From: Escherichia phage 4MG
Sequence record: NC_022968.1
DNA length: 64,000 bases
Direction: 5' to 3' (one strand)
The translations under genes were made by a program, and so were the position numbers. The stretch's first letter is position 1, and every line of letters begins with the position of its first letter. The notes under the pieces were generated by a model. The model did not search any database. It worked only from the letters and a program-made list of their open reading frames with translations, and had not been told where the DNA came from. Shown piece by piece: positions 19,618-29,118 of this stretch.

Positions 19618-20631
19618 TTATGCGAAAGTACCAGTAGAGCGAACAACCAGTTCCGGACGGGTGTTAACAGTCAGGAAGGAAGTTTCGGACTCAACCTTTT
19701 CTTCGCGCAGGTATGCAGAAGATTTGTACCACAGGTACAGTTCTTGTGCAGGAGTGTTCGCGTCACGAACGTCATCTGCTGGTGCATAGTGAATCTGGAA
19801 CATGTCGTCGATTCCTTGCGGCAGAATGTAAGCTTCACCATCAGGGATGTAGTTGGAGATATCCTCGATGTAAGTTACGTTCTTGTGAACAAACATACGG
19901 TTGTTGGCGTTTTCCTGCCCTTGACCCAGACGACGACGAAGCGGCTCTTGAGTAGAAGAGTAGTATTGGTAAGCGTTCATTACCAGCGGATGAGCGATCA
20001 GCGCTGAGAACCACTTACGAGAAGCCAGAACTACGATGTTGTAGTTGTTACCGTTGTCACCAGCATTGTCGATGATGTACGCACGAGCGTCAGCTTCGAT
20101 GATGTCGGTTGGGTCGGTTGCTACATCGGTGAAGTCGATGTTAGCTGTGTGCTGAGTAACACCCCACTCGGTGAAGTAGTTGTACTGAGCAGTTGGGTCC
20201 TGTGGTGCCCAGGATTTACCCATGATCGCCTGAAGCATTGCTTTTTCTTTCAGTTGTTCATGAGAGATGCGGATACGACGAACCACACGAGCAACAACAT
20301 CTTCTACAGTCTTCGGAGCGTCAGCAGTAAAATACTTACGGAAGTTCTGTACGTCTGCCGCTGTGATCTGACGATCCAGTGGGAAGAACGGAATGTTGAA
20401 GTTTCTCAGTTGGGCCTTTTCAGTACCAACGTAGTTACGTTCACCCTGACGACGACGAGCCGGGAAGTCAGTTACAACTTCATCAACACGTTCGATCTGA
20501 GCGATAGTCGTTACACCGTGGTACGCTGTGAACAGGTCCATATTGGTGATCAGACGGTACTGACGTGGTACGATTTCCAGAGTCGCGCCGAGATCGACGA
20601 TCTGGAAGTCATTAGTGCGTACTACTGCCAT
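19618..20631 (-). CDS. major capsid protein, lambda gpE-like (337 aa)
   Basis: length and motifs (DPTDIIEADARAYII, YIPDGEAYILPQG) resemble lambda E family by recall; follows decoration gene. Confidence 0.75.
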   Translation of the reverse strand: MAVVRTNDFQIVDLGATLEIVPRQYRLITNMDLFTAYHGVTTIAQIERVDEVVTDFPARRRQGERNYVGTEKAQLRNFNIPFFPLDRQITAADVQNFRKYFTADAPKTVEDVVARVVRRIRISHEQLKEKAMLQAIMGKSWAPQDPTAQYNYFTEWGVTQHTANIDFTDVATDPTDIIEADARAYIIDNAGDNGNNYNIVVLASRKWFSALIAHPLVMNAYQYYSSTQEPLRRRLGQGQENANNRMFVHKNVTYIEDISNYIPDGEAYILPQGIDDMFQIHYAPADDVRDANTPAQELYLWYKSSAYLREEKVESETSFLTVNTRPELVVRSTGTFA

Positions 20632-20652
20632 TGTTATTCTCCTTGGTGTAGA

Positions 20653-21072
20653 TTAGATAGACGTTACTGGGATCTCAACGGAACCGTCGTAATATTTATC
20701 AGTGATCTTCAGACCTTTGGCCTCAAGAGCAGCGATAGCGGCAGCGTTGATTGCAGTAGTACCGTCAGCGAAAAACAGTTTGGATTTGTTCAGGGTCAGA
20801 CCACGAACAGCCACGACGAAGTTGTACTTCTGTCCTACCACGAAAGGACGTGGAGCAGAGTATGCAGGAACCAGGTCACGGTCAGTGATCACACCAAAAG
20901 CGCTTGCAGCGTCAGCAGTTGCGGCAAGAGTACCGTCTGCCTTAACGATCATACCAGCCTTCAGGCCTGCGGCGTAGGTGATTTCCATTTCTAGGAAGCT
21001 GTAGCCCTGGTCAGAAGAGTCAACTTTACCCAGAACGATGTCAGAGTAGTACCCTTGGATTGGATTAGCCAT
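20653..21072 (-). CDS. head decoration protein, lambda gpD-like (139 aa)
   Basis: small Ala/Gly-rich protein immediately upstream of capsid gene. Confidence 0.55.
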   Translation of the reverse strand: MANPIQGYYSDIVLGKVDSSDQGYSFLEMEITYAAGLKAGMIVKADGTLAATADAASAFGVITDRDLVPAYSAPRPFVVGQKYNFVVAVRGLTLNKSKLFFADGTTAINAAAIAALEAKGLKITDKYYDGSVEIPVTSI

Positions 21073-21092
21073 TTATTTAAATCTCCTCGATA

Positions 21093-22094
21093 TTAGGCGT
21101 TTTGTGCAGCTTCACGAGCGCGAGCTTTCGCTTTCTCGATGTTAGCTTTCAGAATGTCTTCAGCAGACTTGTTGATGTCATCAACAGGCGCTTCAGCACC
21201 AGAGCCGTGTTCAGCAGTGCTGAATTCTTTCTTCACGGTTTCAACTTCTGTTTCCAGTTCGCTAATACGAGCCTGAGCTTTTTCCAGAAGAGCTACTACC
21301 GGAGCGTTAGCTTTTTCGATGATGAAGTCAGCCAGAGCGGAATGGTCTGCATCAGTAGCAAAGGTGAAACCTTTAGCTTTGGTCAGAGCAGCATTCTTTT
21401 CTACTTCCACAGCAGCTTTGATGATTTCATCAGCTTGTGCGGCTTTAGCTTTGGCATCTTCCAGTTGCTTAACCAGGTCAAGATATTCTTGAGACTTGGT
21501 TACATCAGTAACATTATCGGACACTGAGGTCTCCTTATTTTCTTTGGATGTATCAATTACAGGGTCAGTACCTGCTTCTTTGACGACCCCAGTTACCTGG
21601 AGATCTTTGGACTCACCTTCTGTGAAGGTCAGACCTAATTCGCTTACACCTTTTTCAAACAGTTGCTGAAGTTTCAGCAGTTCGTACTGTTTAACAAGGT
21701 CAATTTCTTCACCACTGTTTGCAGCCTTGGCGATGGAGATGGACTCCATACGTTCTTCAAGCCATTCCTGATGTTGTGCATTCCACGCTTGGACCCATTC
21801 ATCGTCAGGATTTTCAGCAGCTTCGTTTTCAAGTTCTGTTTCAAAGCCCAGTAGCTTAGTAAGCAGTTCCGCGTCATCACTCCACATATAGAAGAATCTA
21901 CGCAGGAATTCTTCAAAGCTCATAGAGACAGTAACTTGCTGCAATGCCTTGATAACGTCTTCAGTAATCTGTTCTGGTTTCAGGTCAGACTTCATCAGAA
22001 GTGACACTGGTCTCAGGTTTGCAGAAAAACCTTGACTCTCGTGGCAGAGTGCGATACCCTTCTCTTTAATGGCTTTGGCTTTAGCAATTGTCAT
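21093..22094 (-). CDS. putative scaffolding protein (333 aa)
   Basis: acidic, highly alpha-helical/coiled-coil composition (EAKAKAAQADEIIKAAVEVEK); between portal and capsid. Confidence 0.45.
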   Translation of the reverse strand: MTIAKAKAIKEKGIALCHESQGFSANLRPVSLLMKSDLKPEQITEDVIKALQQVTVSMSFEEFLRRFFYMWSDDAELLTKLLGFETELENEAAENPDDEWVQAWNAQHQEWLEERMESISIAKAANSGEEIDLVKQYELLKLQQLFEKGVSELGLTFTEGESKDLQVTGVVKEAGTDPVIDTSKENKETSVSDNVTDVTKSQEYLDLVKQLEDAKAKAAQADEIIKAAVEVEKNAALTKAKGFTFATDADHSALADFIIEKANAPVVALLEKAQARISELETEVETVKKEFSTAEHGSGAEAPVDDINKSAEDILKANIEKAKARAREAAQNA

Positions 22095-22720
22095 TCGCCA
22101 TCTTCCTCAACATATTCGACACCGAAATCAACGTTGGTGATCTCACCTGTTTCTTTGTCGATAGAACCGGAGCACTGAATGCTTAGGCCACCAACAACAT
22201 TGGACTTTTTGAGGTCCCAGAGAACAGGGTCGTTATATTTAACTTTAGCTACCCAGGTGCCAGCTTTAATTACTTGCTCGGTCCCGATAACCACCACATC
22301 AAATTCTTCCTGAATCCAAGTCTTCTCGATTGTGAAAGAGTCAGTCTCAATCATGTGGAAGAGGTTCTCTTTAACAATGCCAGCTTCGTGTGCCTTATCA
22401 AAAGACTGCTTCGCTTTGGCGATTGTATCAGCAGACATCCATTCGCCGTGAGCATCTTTGGCATCTGGTTCATAAATGACCTCGTAAGAAATCATTTGTT
22501 CTCCAGCATCCTTTTGGACACTTACAACAGATGTTGACTTGTTGATTTCAGTTTTAACGTTCACGTTTAGAACGTCTTTGGAAGCCTTCTCGATAGCGGC
22601 TTCAGGAGATTGGCCTGAAGCAATCAGGCCATTTGCAATATTCAGTACCTTGCTCTTCTGAACGAGAGACAGATCAGATACTGATGCAGGAAGGTCAGCA
22701 ATACTTGTGTATTTCATCAT
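22091..22720 (-). CDS. head morphogenesis protein, possible prohead protease (209 aa)
   Basis: position between portal and scaffold; stop overlaps start of scaffold gene; function unverified. Confidence 0.35.
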   Translation of the reverse strand: MMKYTSIADLPASVSDLSLVQKSKVLNIANGLIASGQSPEAAIEKASKDVLNVNVKTEINKSTSVVSVQKDAGEQMISYEVIYEPDAKDAHGEWMSADTIAKAKQSFDKAHEAGIVKENLFHMIETDSFTIEKTWIQEEFDVVVIGTEQVIKAGTWVAKVKYNDPVLWDLKKSNVVGGLSIQCSGSIDKETGEITNVDFGVEYVEEDGE

Positions 22721-22786
22721 TTTCCCCGTTGATAGTTATTTTAACACCGTTCATTTTCTTTTGCAAGCTATTTCAGTAAGTTGAAA

Positions 22787-24337
22787 TTAATTATCCATAT
22801 TGGATACGGAATTGTCTCTTGTTGAGGAGATTTTTCCAGTTCCATTACCGCTAGAGCCTGCTGCCATACCATCACCGGAGCGACTGACATCCTGACCAAG
22901 GAGTTTCAGAAGTTCGTCGGTAGACATGTCCTCAGGAATCTCCTCATCAAAGCCACCAACTTCAAGGATCTTGTTGATAACAGTAGGAGTTTTAGGTAAG
23001 TACCCAACAGCACCAATACGCTGAACAAACTTGGAGAACCCTTCCATATCCACTTCTTGAATCAGTCCCGGCTTCAGTTTAGGCATGTCTTCGTCGGAAA
23101 GACGAATGTCATTTAGTGCCAGAAGCTGCGGGATCAGGTTCTTGTTGAACGCTTCAACAATGATGTCGATATCGCGTTGAACGAAGTGTCCGTGAATAGA
23201 TTGCTTGGATTCTGACAGGTTGTAGGAACCCTGACCATCGTTACCAAGGTTGATGAAACCAGCACCAAAACGGTCAAGGATCGCCTTTTTACGTGAGTTC
23301 ACCAGTTCTTGTGTGCTATACTGCTTACCAGCACCGTCAATGCCCTTCAGAGCCATCTTGTACTGTTCACCACCCTGAGCGTTCATATCTGAAGGTAGGA
23401 TGAAGTAAGCTTGCTCACCTGCGTGTGCGTTTGCAGCGTCAGCCATTAATCCTTGAACCATATCGGCTTCTGGGGATTTAGGGTCCATTGCTGCTTTGTT
23501 CAGAATCTGAGAAGGGATCTTAAGTTCAATGATACCACCAAGGTCTTTAGATGCCCCGATAGTCTCAAGGTTTTCAATCAAGATCTTCTCACGGAAGGCA
23601 CGATAACATCCAACCAAAGGAGATACACCCGCCGGGTTGGATTCTGTACCACCCAGACTCATCACCATCAATTTGTTGATAGGGATAAATACTTCATCAG
23701 CAGAGGATGTCAGGTTGGTAACCAGAGACATTGCAGAAGAAATCTGGGTCAATCCGTTCTGGAAGTTAGCAAAAGCCAGTTGGCTTTGGTAAATCCCTTT
23801 CAGTGTACGACCATCATCGTCGAAAACCCAAGGCTTAGAACGAGACAGGCTTGACTGAGGACGGAAAGCAATCTTATCAATAGTGATGTACCCTGCATAC
23901 TTTGACGGAGCAGATTCAGTACGGTATACTTTCTCAAAGATGGAAAAACCATATTCGTTGAAAGTTGCTGCACTACGAGCAACGTCACGAAGGGTTTGCT
24001 GGTTGGCAAGGTTCTTCAGGGCGTACTCTACAAACTCTGCGGCATCTTTGGAAGCTTGGCTATCACGATTGAACAGGATTTTAAAATCGTTGAATGCTTT
24101 AGTTACGAATACGTATTTCGTATCAAGCGCCGTGGAGACAGTATGATCCTGTTTCATCGCCTCTACGGTAGCCAGGAAGCAAGGCCAGCGTAGCTCTTCT
24201 ACCTTCATCACTTCGGACTCTGCACGAAGCTGGGAGAGAGCACCAGAGCCTAATTCCCCGGTACGGAGGCGGCTAACCGCAAGGTTTTCATTCCCTGCTT
24301 TTACAACCGCCCCTGGTTGTGCAAATCTTGTTGACAC
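22787..24337 (-). CDS. portal protein (516 aa)
   Basis: ~500 aa ORF immediately downstream of large terminase. Confidence 0.65.
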   Translation of the reverse strand: MSTRFAQPGAVVKAGNENLAVSRLRTGELGSGALSQLRAESEVMKVEELRWPCFLATVEAMKQDHTVSTALDTKYVFVTKAFNDFKILFNRDSQASKDAAEFVEYALKNLANQQTLRDVARSAATFNEYGFSIFEKVYRTESAPSKYAGYITIDKIAFRPQSSLSRSKPWVFDDDGRTLKGIYQSQLAFANFQNGLTQISSAMSLVTNLTSSADEVFIPINKLMVMSLGGTESNPAGVSPLVGCYRAFREKILIENLETIGASKDLGGIIELKIPSQILNKAAMDPKSPEADMVQGLMADAANAHAGEQAYFILPSDMNAQGGEQYKMALKGIDGAGKQYSTQELVNSRKKAILDRFGAGFINLGNDGQGSYNLSESKQSIHGHFVQRDIDIIVEAFNKNLIPQLLALNDIRLSDEDMPKLKPGLIQEVDMEGFSKFVQRIGAVGYLPKTPTVINKILEVGGFDEEIPEDMSTDELLKLLGQDVSRSGDGMAAGSSGNGTGKISSTRDNSVSNMDN

Positions 24338-24352
24338 GAGTTATCCCCTCTG

Positions 24353-25909
24353 TTAAAGTCTTTTATACAAGGTCGGAGCAACAATTTTCGGGATTACGAC
24401 AGGTCTGATGACTTCGTTCTTCTCAAGGTAGTTAATACCGGAAGCTACGCAGTCGGCCCAGTCATCCTTACGGGTTGTTGTGCTTCGCTCACCATTGAAC
24501 TTTTCAAGTTCGGTCATAAGGGCTTCGTAAGTTTTAGCATCAAAGCTGTCTCTTACGACACGTACCATTCCGGACTGTGCAAGTTTTGCAAATGGGGTGA
24601 AGCGGGTAAGTTTTGATTTGTTACCCGGCGTTGGATCTCGCTCAACGATAAATCCTTCAGCCAGAAGCTCACGAGAACTTGTTGTGAATTCACTAATACC
24701 AGCCTGACCAGGGTCAACGTTGAAAATGATAACAACGTCATCACCATCGTAATGGGCTTGCTTTTTAATGATCACATCACGTTCGCCAGCTTTTTTACAG
24801 AAACGACCTTGTGTTTGTGTTGAGTACATTCCGTCATCAACGAACTCAGGGCAATAGTCACCGGACAGGTAGTAGAACCCGTCACTATCCTTACTGATCT
24901 TGACAGACGCTGTAAAGTCGGGATATCTGTTGCCAGAGGTTCTCTCTGTACCCGCCTTATCGTAAGGACGGACAGATGTCACACCCAAAGGAAGGCAAGG
25001 AACTTCTTTCAAATAAGATCGTTGGAAATAGTTTGCACCTTCAGGGCGAACTTTCCAGTTACCGTGAAGTAGCTGTGCCTTTTCGATTTCAGGTAGACCT
25101 TCAAGGAACGCAAGGTAATCAGGGTTGTTGTCAAGCATCGGTGGGTTATCAAAGATAGTCGCACTGATGAATGAGAATGATAGTGGTTTTGGTTTCTTAC
25201 GAACGTCAAGACCATCCCAATACTGCTCGATCAGTTCCTCTGCACTCTCTCCCCAAATGAATTCACCATCACGACGAATGAACCAGCGAATAACACCGTC
25301 ACGTTCAGGGATAGGGAAACCATCATCATCAAGATACCATTCGATAAGCTCTTTGATCTTGTGATCTGGGTCCGGGTTACAAGAGATAACCATGCGGCTT
25401 GGGTATTTGGATTCAGAACGAAGACGAGACATAAGGTATTCGATCTGAGACCATTCAAACTGTGTTCCTTCGTCAAAACCGACAAAGGTATATTGCAGAC
25501 CCTGGTGAGAATACTTATCTTTCTCATATTCCATGTGGGACCACTTAACTTTAGCACCGGAAGGGAAAATTGCCTCTAGGTCTTTCTCCCTGAAGCGTGG
25601 CTTCCATTCAGGAGCAAGCTGTGTGTAAATGCCTCGTGCAGTATCATACAGACCACCACCACCTTTCAACTGAGGTGTGTTTCTACGGAACATAATACAG
25701 TTCGTTCTTGGGTCGTCGATAATGTTGAGGGGCATTAATTGAAGCAGGTAAGATTTACCTGACCCCGCCGCACCCCCAATGATCAGGATTTGTGCGTTGT
25801 TTTCCAGGATCATTTTCTGCTTGGGGCTGGCAGGTCCGAATGTTTTACTCAAAAGACCTCCATATTGTGCCTTAAATTGGCCTATAGGAGGTAGTTTACC
25901 ATGAAACAT
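24353..25909 (-). CDS. terminase large subunit
   Basis: Walker A IIGGAAGSGKS near N-terminus; start codon uncertain (ATG 25909, or alternative TTG at 25951). Confidence 0.75.
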   Translation of the reverse strand: MFHGKLPPIGQFKAQYGGLLSKTFGPASPKQKMILENNAQILIIGGAAGSGKSYLLQLMPLNIIDDPRTNCIMFRRNTPQLKGGGGLYDTARGIYTQLAPEWKPRFREKDLEAIFPSGAKVKWSHMEYEKDKYSHQGLQYTFVGFDEGTQFEWSQIEYLMSRLRSESKYPSRMVISCNPDPDHKIKELIEWYLDDDGFPIPERDGVIRWFIRRDGEFIWGESAEELIEQYWDGLDVRKKPKPLSFSFISATIFDNPPMLDNNPDYLAFLEGLPEIEKAQLLHGNWKVRPEGANYFQRSYLKEVPCLPLGVTSVRPYDKAGTERTSGNRYPDFTASVKISKDSDGFYYLSGDYCPEFVDDGMYSTQTQGRFCKKAGERDVIIKKQAHYDGDDVVIIFNVDPGQAGISEFTTSSRELLAEGFIVERDPTPGNKSKLTRFTPFAKLAQSGMVRVVRDSFDAKTYEALMTELEKFNGERSTTTRKDDWADCVASGINYLEKNEVIRPVVIPKIVAPTLYKRL

Positions 25910-25951
25910 GATAAAAATAAAGCCCTTATCACAAAATAAGGGCCTTGTCAA

Positions 25952-26242
25952 TCACTTTTTAGGATCAAATATGTTGCGAATATACTGCTGAAGGATGCGA
26001 AGTTTGCTACGATCATTTGCTCCGTCGAGGTTGTTCTTCTTCATGATCGCACTGTTAACCGAGTTGTCAGCACCATAAGGAAGAGGTGTAGGCTCAACAG
26101 GGTCAACCATAGCCGCAGCAGGAGGCTTTGCAAGGACTTCTGCTGGGTCAAACTTCTGCACCACTGGAACAACCTCAGGTGCATTTCTGCACCCGCTTAT
26201 AAGCGCTGTAGCAACCAGCACTGCGATTATCGTCTTTCTCAT
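25952..26242 (-). CDS. outer-membrane spanin lipoprotein (Rz1-like, 96 aa)
   Basis: signal peptide with lipobox LISGC, Pro-rich mature part; follows i-spanin with 4-nt overlap. Confidence 0.55.
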   Translation of the reverse strand: MRKTIIAVLVATALISGCRNAPEVVPVVQKFDPAEVLAKPPAAAMVDPVEPTPLPYGADNSVNSAIMKKNNLDGANDRSKLRILQQYIRNIFDPKK

Positions 26243-26643
26243 TTCAACCCCAGGCTCTCGTTATAAATATCCACAAAGTCATTATCCAGACCCTTCTTCT
26301 TTCCGTTATCAGAGTTTCGATAAGCGTCTTGCTTCTTGTCAAGCTCTGATTGCAGTTTTGCATTCTTTGCTTTCTCTTCCTCAAGTTGCTTACTTAACTC
26401 ATCAGAAGACTTCTGCTGGTTGTCTTTGTAGTCATGATTGGCATTCTTGTTTTCCTGTTGTTTGGCAGTCCACTTATCATCAGTATCTTTCACACCACGA
26501 TTGTAAGAAGCTGTGATTTGGTCATTGTACCAGTGCTTAGTATAAACCGCCCCGGAGAACAGGGCGATTGCTAAGATTGCTGCGATGACTAATTTAGTGT
26601 TGTTCCTGATAAAGGCAACCACCATTCTAACTACATCTATCAT
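26239..26643 (-). CDS. inner-membrane spanin (Rz-like, 134 aa)
   Basis: N-terminal TM helix then charged coiled-coil (EEEKAKNAKLQSELDKKQ). Confidence 0.55.
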   Translation of the reverse strand: MIDVVRMVVAFIRNNTKLVIAAILAIALFSGAVYTKHWYNDQITASYNRGVKDTDDKWTAKQQENKNANHDYKDNQQKSSDELSKQLEEEKAKNAKLQSELDKKQDAYRNSDNGKKKGLDNDFVDIYNESLGLK

Positions 26644-28064
26644 GAGATATCCCCATTTGATTCAATAAGACGTTCTATTCTGAGAAGAGTTTCTTCATCG
26701 TCAAGGATCTCAACCTGTGCATCATCATACGCGATCTTTGTTGGATCAAGCACGGTCACCTCAAGCAAAACAGCGCCCGGTTTGGAGAGTCTGTCGCCCC
26801 AACGTCCTGTTTTACCCTTCTCACCCCAAGACTTATAAACATCGTATGCTTCTTTCTCATCTACATACAGATTCATTACATCAAGGAATTCATCAGCAGG
26901 TTTTGTCTCCAGAAGCCCTACAGACTGGTTTGGGTTGGTTGCCTGCATCAGGTAGAAATTCTCTGCTGGACAAACACCCCATAACTTTGAGAAGTAAGGC
27001 CTGCCCGTATTCATACGGAGGCGTTGATACATAGAGAAGATGTTTTCCGGCTTTAACCCTCGGTATCGGCTGAACTGACCCTTTTCAGATTCCGTTGCGA
27101 TGCTGGAGATCATGTAATCACCCGCTGAATCCAGTTTATCAAATAATAGGTCAAATGAAAATGGTTTAGTTTCATTGAAAAGCTCTTCAACGTTTGTACC
27201 ATACATCCCACTCAGGTGTGCCTTGGCATCTTCCCACGATTCAATATTAAGACCTGTCGCTGCGATACCGAGCTTCATTGTTTCACGACGAGAGATCGTG
27301 TACCCACGGGCGCGGTATTTGTCTGAGCGAAGCATACTGATAATGGGGTAATCTGTGCCGGGATTAATCACCAGCACCTTTTGTGCTAAGTGCTTGAGGA
27401 ATCGGCTATCAAACTCCCATTTCTCGCTGGCAAAGCTGAAGGCACCCATATTGATCGTAAAGTCAAATTTATCGAAGATCGCCTGAGAATCCTGGAACAC
27501 ATCGAAAGCAATAACCTGCATCACCGGGGACGACTGATTGGTGAACATAACGCTCTTATCCGTCATACCGAGGTTGTAGATGTTGTCTGGTTTATTATCT
27601 TCAGTTGCCTTCTGGATAGCCTTGAATACATTCCCGTTTCTCTCCCGGAGCAGAGAATACAGCTTTGAAAGCTGAGATGCGGAGAGCGGGGTTGGTTGGC
27701 GCTCTTTCTTCTCACATACCAATGCGTTCACGTAATCTTTGTGGCAACCAGGGTTATCCAGTTCAAGGAAATAGACGAACGAACGTTTTGAATTGCCCCA
27801 GTTGTTACTTGTAGGGGTTAGGTCGCTGTCACCAATAAGTAGACCGCGATCAGTCATGTATGCGAGGAAGATCTCTAAGTTTTCCCATGATGGGAAGTAG
27901 AGGTCAAGGTCGTTGACTTCACGATTAGAGAACAGAGAGGTGAGCGTACCACCCGCAATACGGGCATCAAGACGCTTGAGGATCTCGTACACGCCCTTAG
28001 GGATCAGGCTGTTGAGGATATTGAATTCACGCTGGAAGTCTTCTTTTGGGTAAATATGAAGCAT
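26640..28064 (-). CDS. hypothetical protein with Pol-beta-type nucleotidyltransferase signature (474 aa)
   Basis: motif GGTLTSLFSNREVNDLDLYF fits G[GS]x9-13-DhDh; otherwise unassigned. Confidence 0.4.
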   Translation of the reverse strand: MLHIYPKEDFQREFNILNSLIPKGVYEILKRLDARIAGGTLTSLFSNREVNDLDLYFPSWENLEIFLAYMTDRGLLIGDSDLTPTSNNWGNSKRSFVYFLELDNPGCHKDYVNALVCEKKERQPTPLSASQLSKLYSLLRERNGNVFKAIQKATEDNKPDNIYNLGMTDKSVMFTNQSSPVMQVIAFDVFQDSQAIFDKFDFTINMGAFSFASEKWEFDSRFLKHLAQKVLVINPGTDYPIISMLRSDKYRARGYTISRRETMKLGIAATGLNIESWEDAKAHLSGMYGTNVEELFNETKPFSFDLLFDKLDSAGDYMISSIATESEKGQFSRYRGLKPENIFSMYQRLRMNTGRPYFSKLWGVCPAENFYLMQATNPNQSVGLLETKPADEFLDVMNLYVDEKEAYDVYKSWGEKGKTGRWGDRLSKPGAVLLEVTVLDPTKIAYDDAQVEILDDEETLLRIERLIESNGDIS

Positions 28065-28102
28065 GGTTTTCTCCTTTAGTTAGTTAACTATTGGAGTGTA
28101 CC

Positions 28103-28133
28103 AGAAAAAGAAAAGCCCCGCAAGAGCGGGGCG
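28103..28133 (-). terminator. rho-independent terminator at downstream end of tRNA cluster
   Basis: hairpin GCCCCGC-aaga-GCGGGGC with run of T on minus strand (A-run 28105..28114 on plus). Confidence 0.6.
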
Positions 28134-28178
28134 AGGCAAAGGAGAGGAGATTGAATATTTATTATTATTAGAATTTGG

Positions 28179-28257
28179 ATGCGTGGATGGGAGTCGAACC
28201 CACAATTTTCGGCTTATGAGGCCAACGTGATCTATATATCCGTTTCACTAACACGCA
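28179..28257 (-). tRNA. tRNA-Met or Ile2 (anticodon CAT), extended D-region
   Basis: hand-folded: T-loop TTCGACT, anticodon loop CTCATAA, CCA encoded; D-loop about 14 nt. Confidence 0.55.
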
Positions 28258-28266
28258 ATTGTTTGG

Positions 28267-28339
28267 TGGGACCGGGTGGACTCGAACCACCGACCATCTG
28301 CTCTTCAGGCAGGCACTCTACCAACTGAGTTACAATCCC
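28267..28339 (-). tRNA. tRNA-Phe (GAA)
   Basis: T-arm GGTGG/TTCGAGT/CCACC, anticodon loop CTGAAGA, A73, CCA encoded. Confidence 0.75.
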
Positions 28340-28349
28340 ATAAGATTGG

Positions 28350-28420
28350 TACTTCCTGGTAGAATCGAACTACCGCAACTGCCGTGTAAAGACAGGGTTC
28401 TACCATTAAACTAAGGAAGC
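28350..28420 (-). tRNA. tRNA-Val (TAC)
   Basis: T-loop TTCGATT, anticodon loop TTTACAC, CCA encoded. Confidence 0.7.
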
Positions 28421-28430
28421 ATTAAGGTGG

Positions 28431-28504
28431 TGGGCGACAGGGGACTCGAACCCCCAAAATTCGGAATCTAAATCCGACACGTATACCAATTCCATCAATC
28501 GCCC
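28431..28504 (-). tRNA. tRNA with Leu-type anticodon TAG but short (5 nt) variable arm
   Basis: 74 nt cloverleaf, anticodon stem TCGGA/TCCGA, loop TTTAGAT, A73, CCA encoded. Confidence 0.55.
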
Positions 28505-28616
28505 ATAAATGTTTGGAAGCCCATACTGTCTTCCTGATCAGCCAGAATCCTTTTCTAGCATTATCATCGGCCCTGTAGATCCTATCATTAGCCAGGGGAT
28601 CGACGCCTTAATTTGG

Positions 28617-28689
28617 TGGAGCCACTGAGAATCGAACTCAGTTCTACAAGGTGCAAGCCTGTGATTTTATCCAAATAAACTACAGCCCC
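28617..28689 (-). tRNA. tRNA-Ala (TGC)
   Basis: anticodon loop CTTGCAC; G3:U70 pair present; CCA encoded. Confidence 0.75.
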
Positions 28690-28696
28690 ATGTTGG

Positions 28697-28769
28697 TGCA
28701 AGTACAGGGATTCGAACCCCGATTCTCAGCTTCGTAAACTGATGCTCTGTCCAGTTGAACTATACCTGC
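28697..28769 (-). tRNA. tRNA-Arg (ACG)
   Basis: T-loop TTCGAAT, anticodon loop TTACGAA, CCA encoded. Confidence 0.7.
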
Positions 28770-28778
28770 TAAAATTGG

Positions 28779-28853
28779 TCGGAGCGGCAGGATTCGAACC
28801 TGCGACCCAGTGCATCCAAGGCACCCACGCTGACCAGACTGCGCTACGCTCCG
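28779..28853 (-). tRNA. tRNA-Pro (TGG)
   Basis: T-arm GCAGG/TTCGAAT/CCTGC, anticodon loop CTTGGAT, perfect acceptor pairing, CCA encoded. Confidence 0.75.
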
Positions 28854-29040
28854 AAGGTGCAGAATTTTAATTATCCCAGATACTGCAACTGGTATCGCTG
28901 GCTAGCTAATTTGATCCGCTCTGGTCACCTCGTGTGACATTGCAGACAGGCTAACCTATTCTGCAAGAGCGTATTGGGTTTGATACGTCGAACTCATTTT
29001 GAGTGCCTTCCGGCAATTTACATCAACATATCAAATTTGG

Positions 29041-29111
29041 CGGGAACTTCCTGACTCGAACAGGAGACAACCGCAGCACAAGCGGCCATTATGCCCCTTA
29101 ACTAAATTCCC
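29041..29111 (-). tRNA. tRNA with anticodon GTG (His-type) but G73 and C37, atypical
   Basis: T-arm TCCTG/actcgaa/CAGGA on plus strand, anticodon loop TTGTGCT, CCA encoded. Confidence 0.45.
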
Positions 29112-29118
29112 AATTTGG

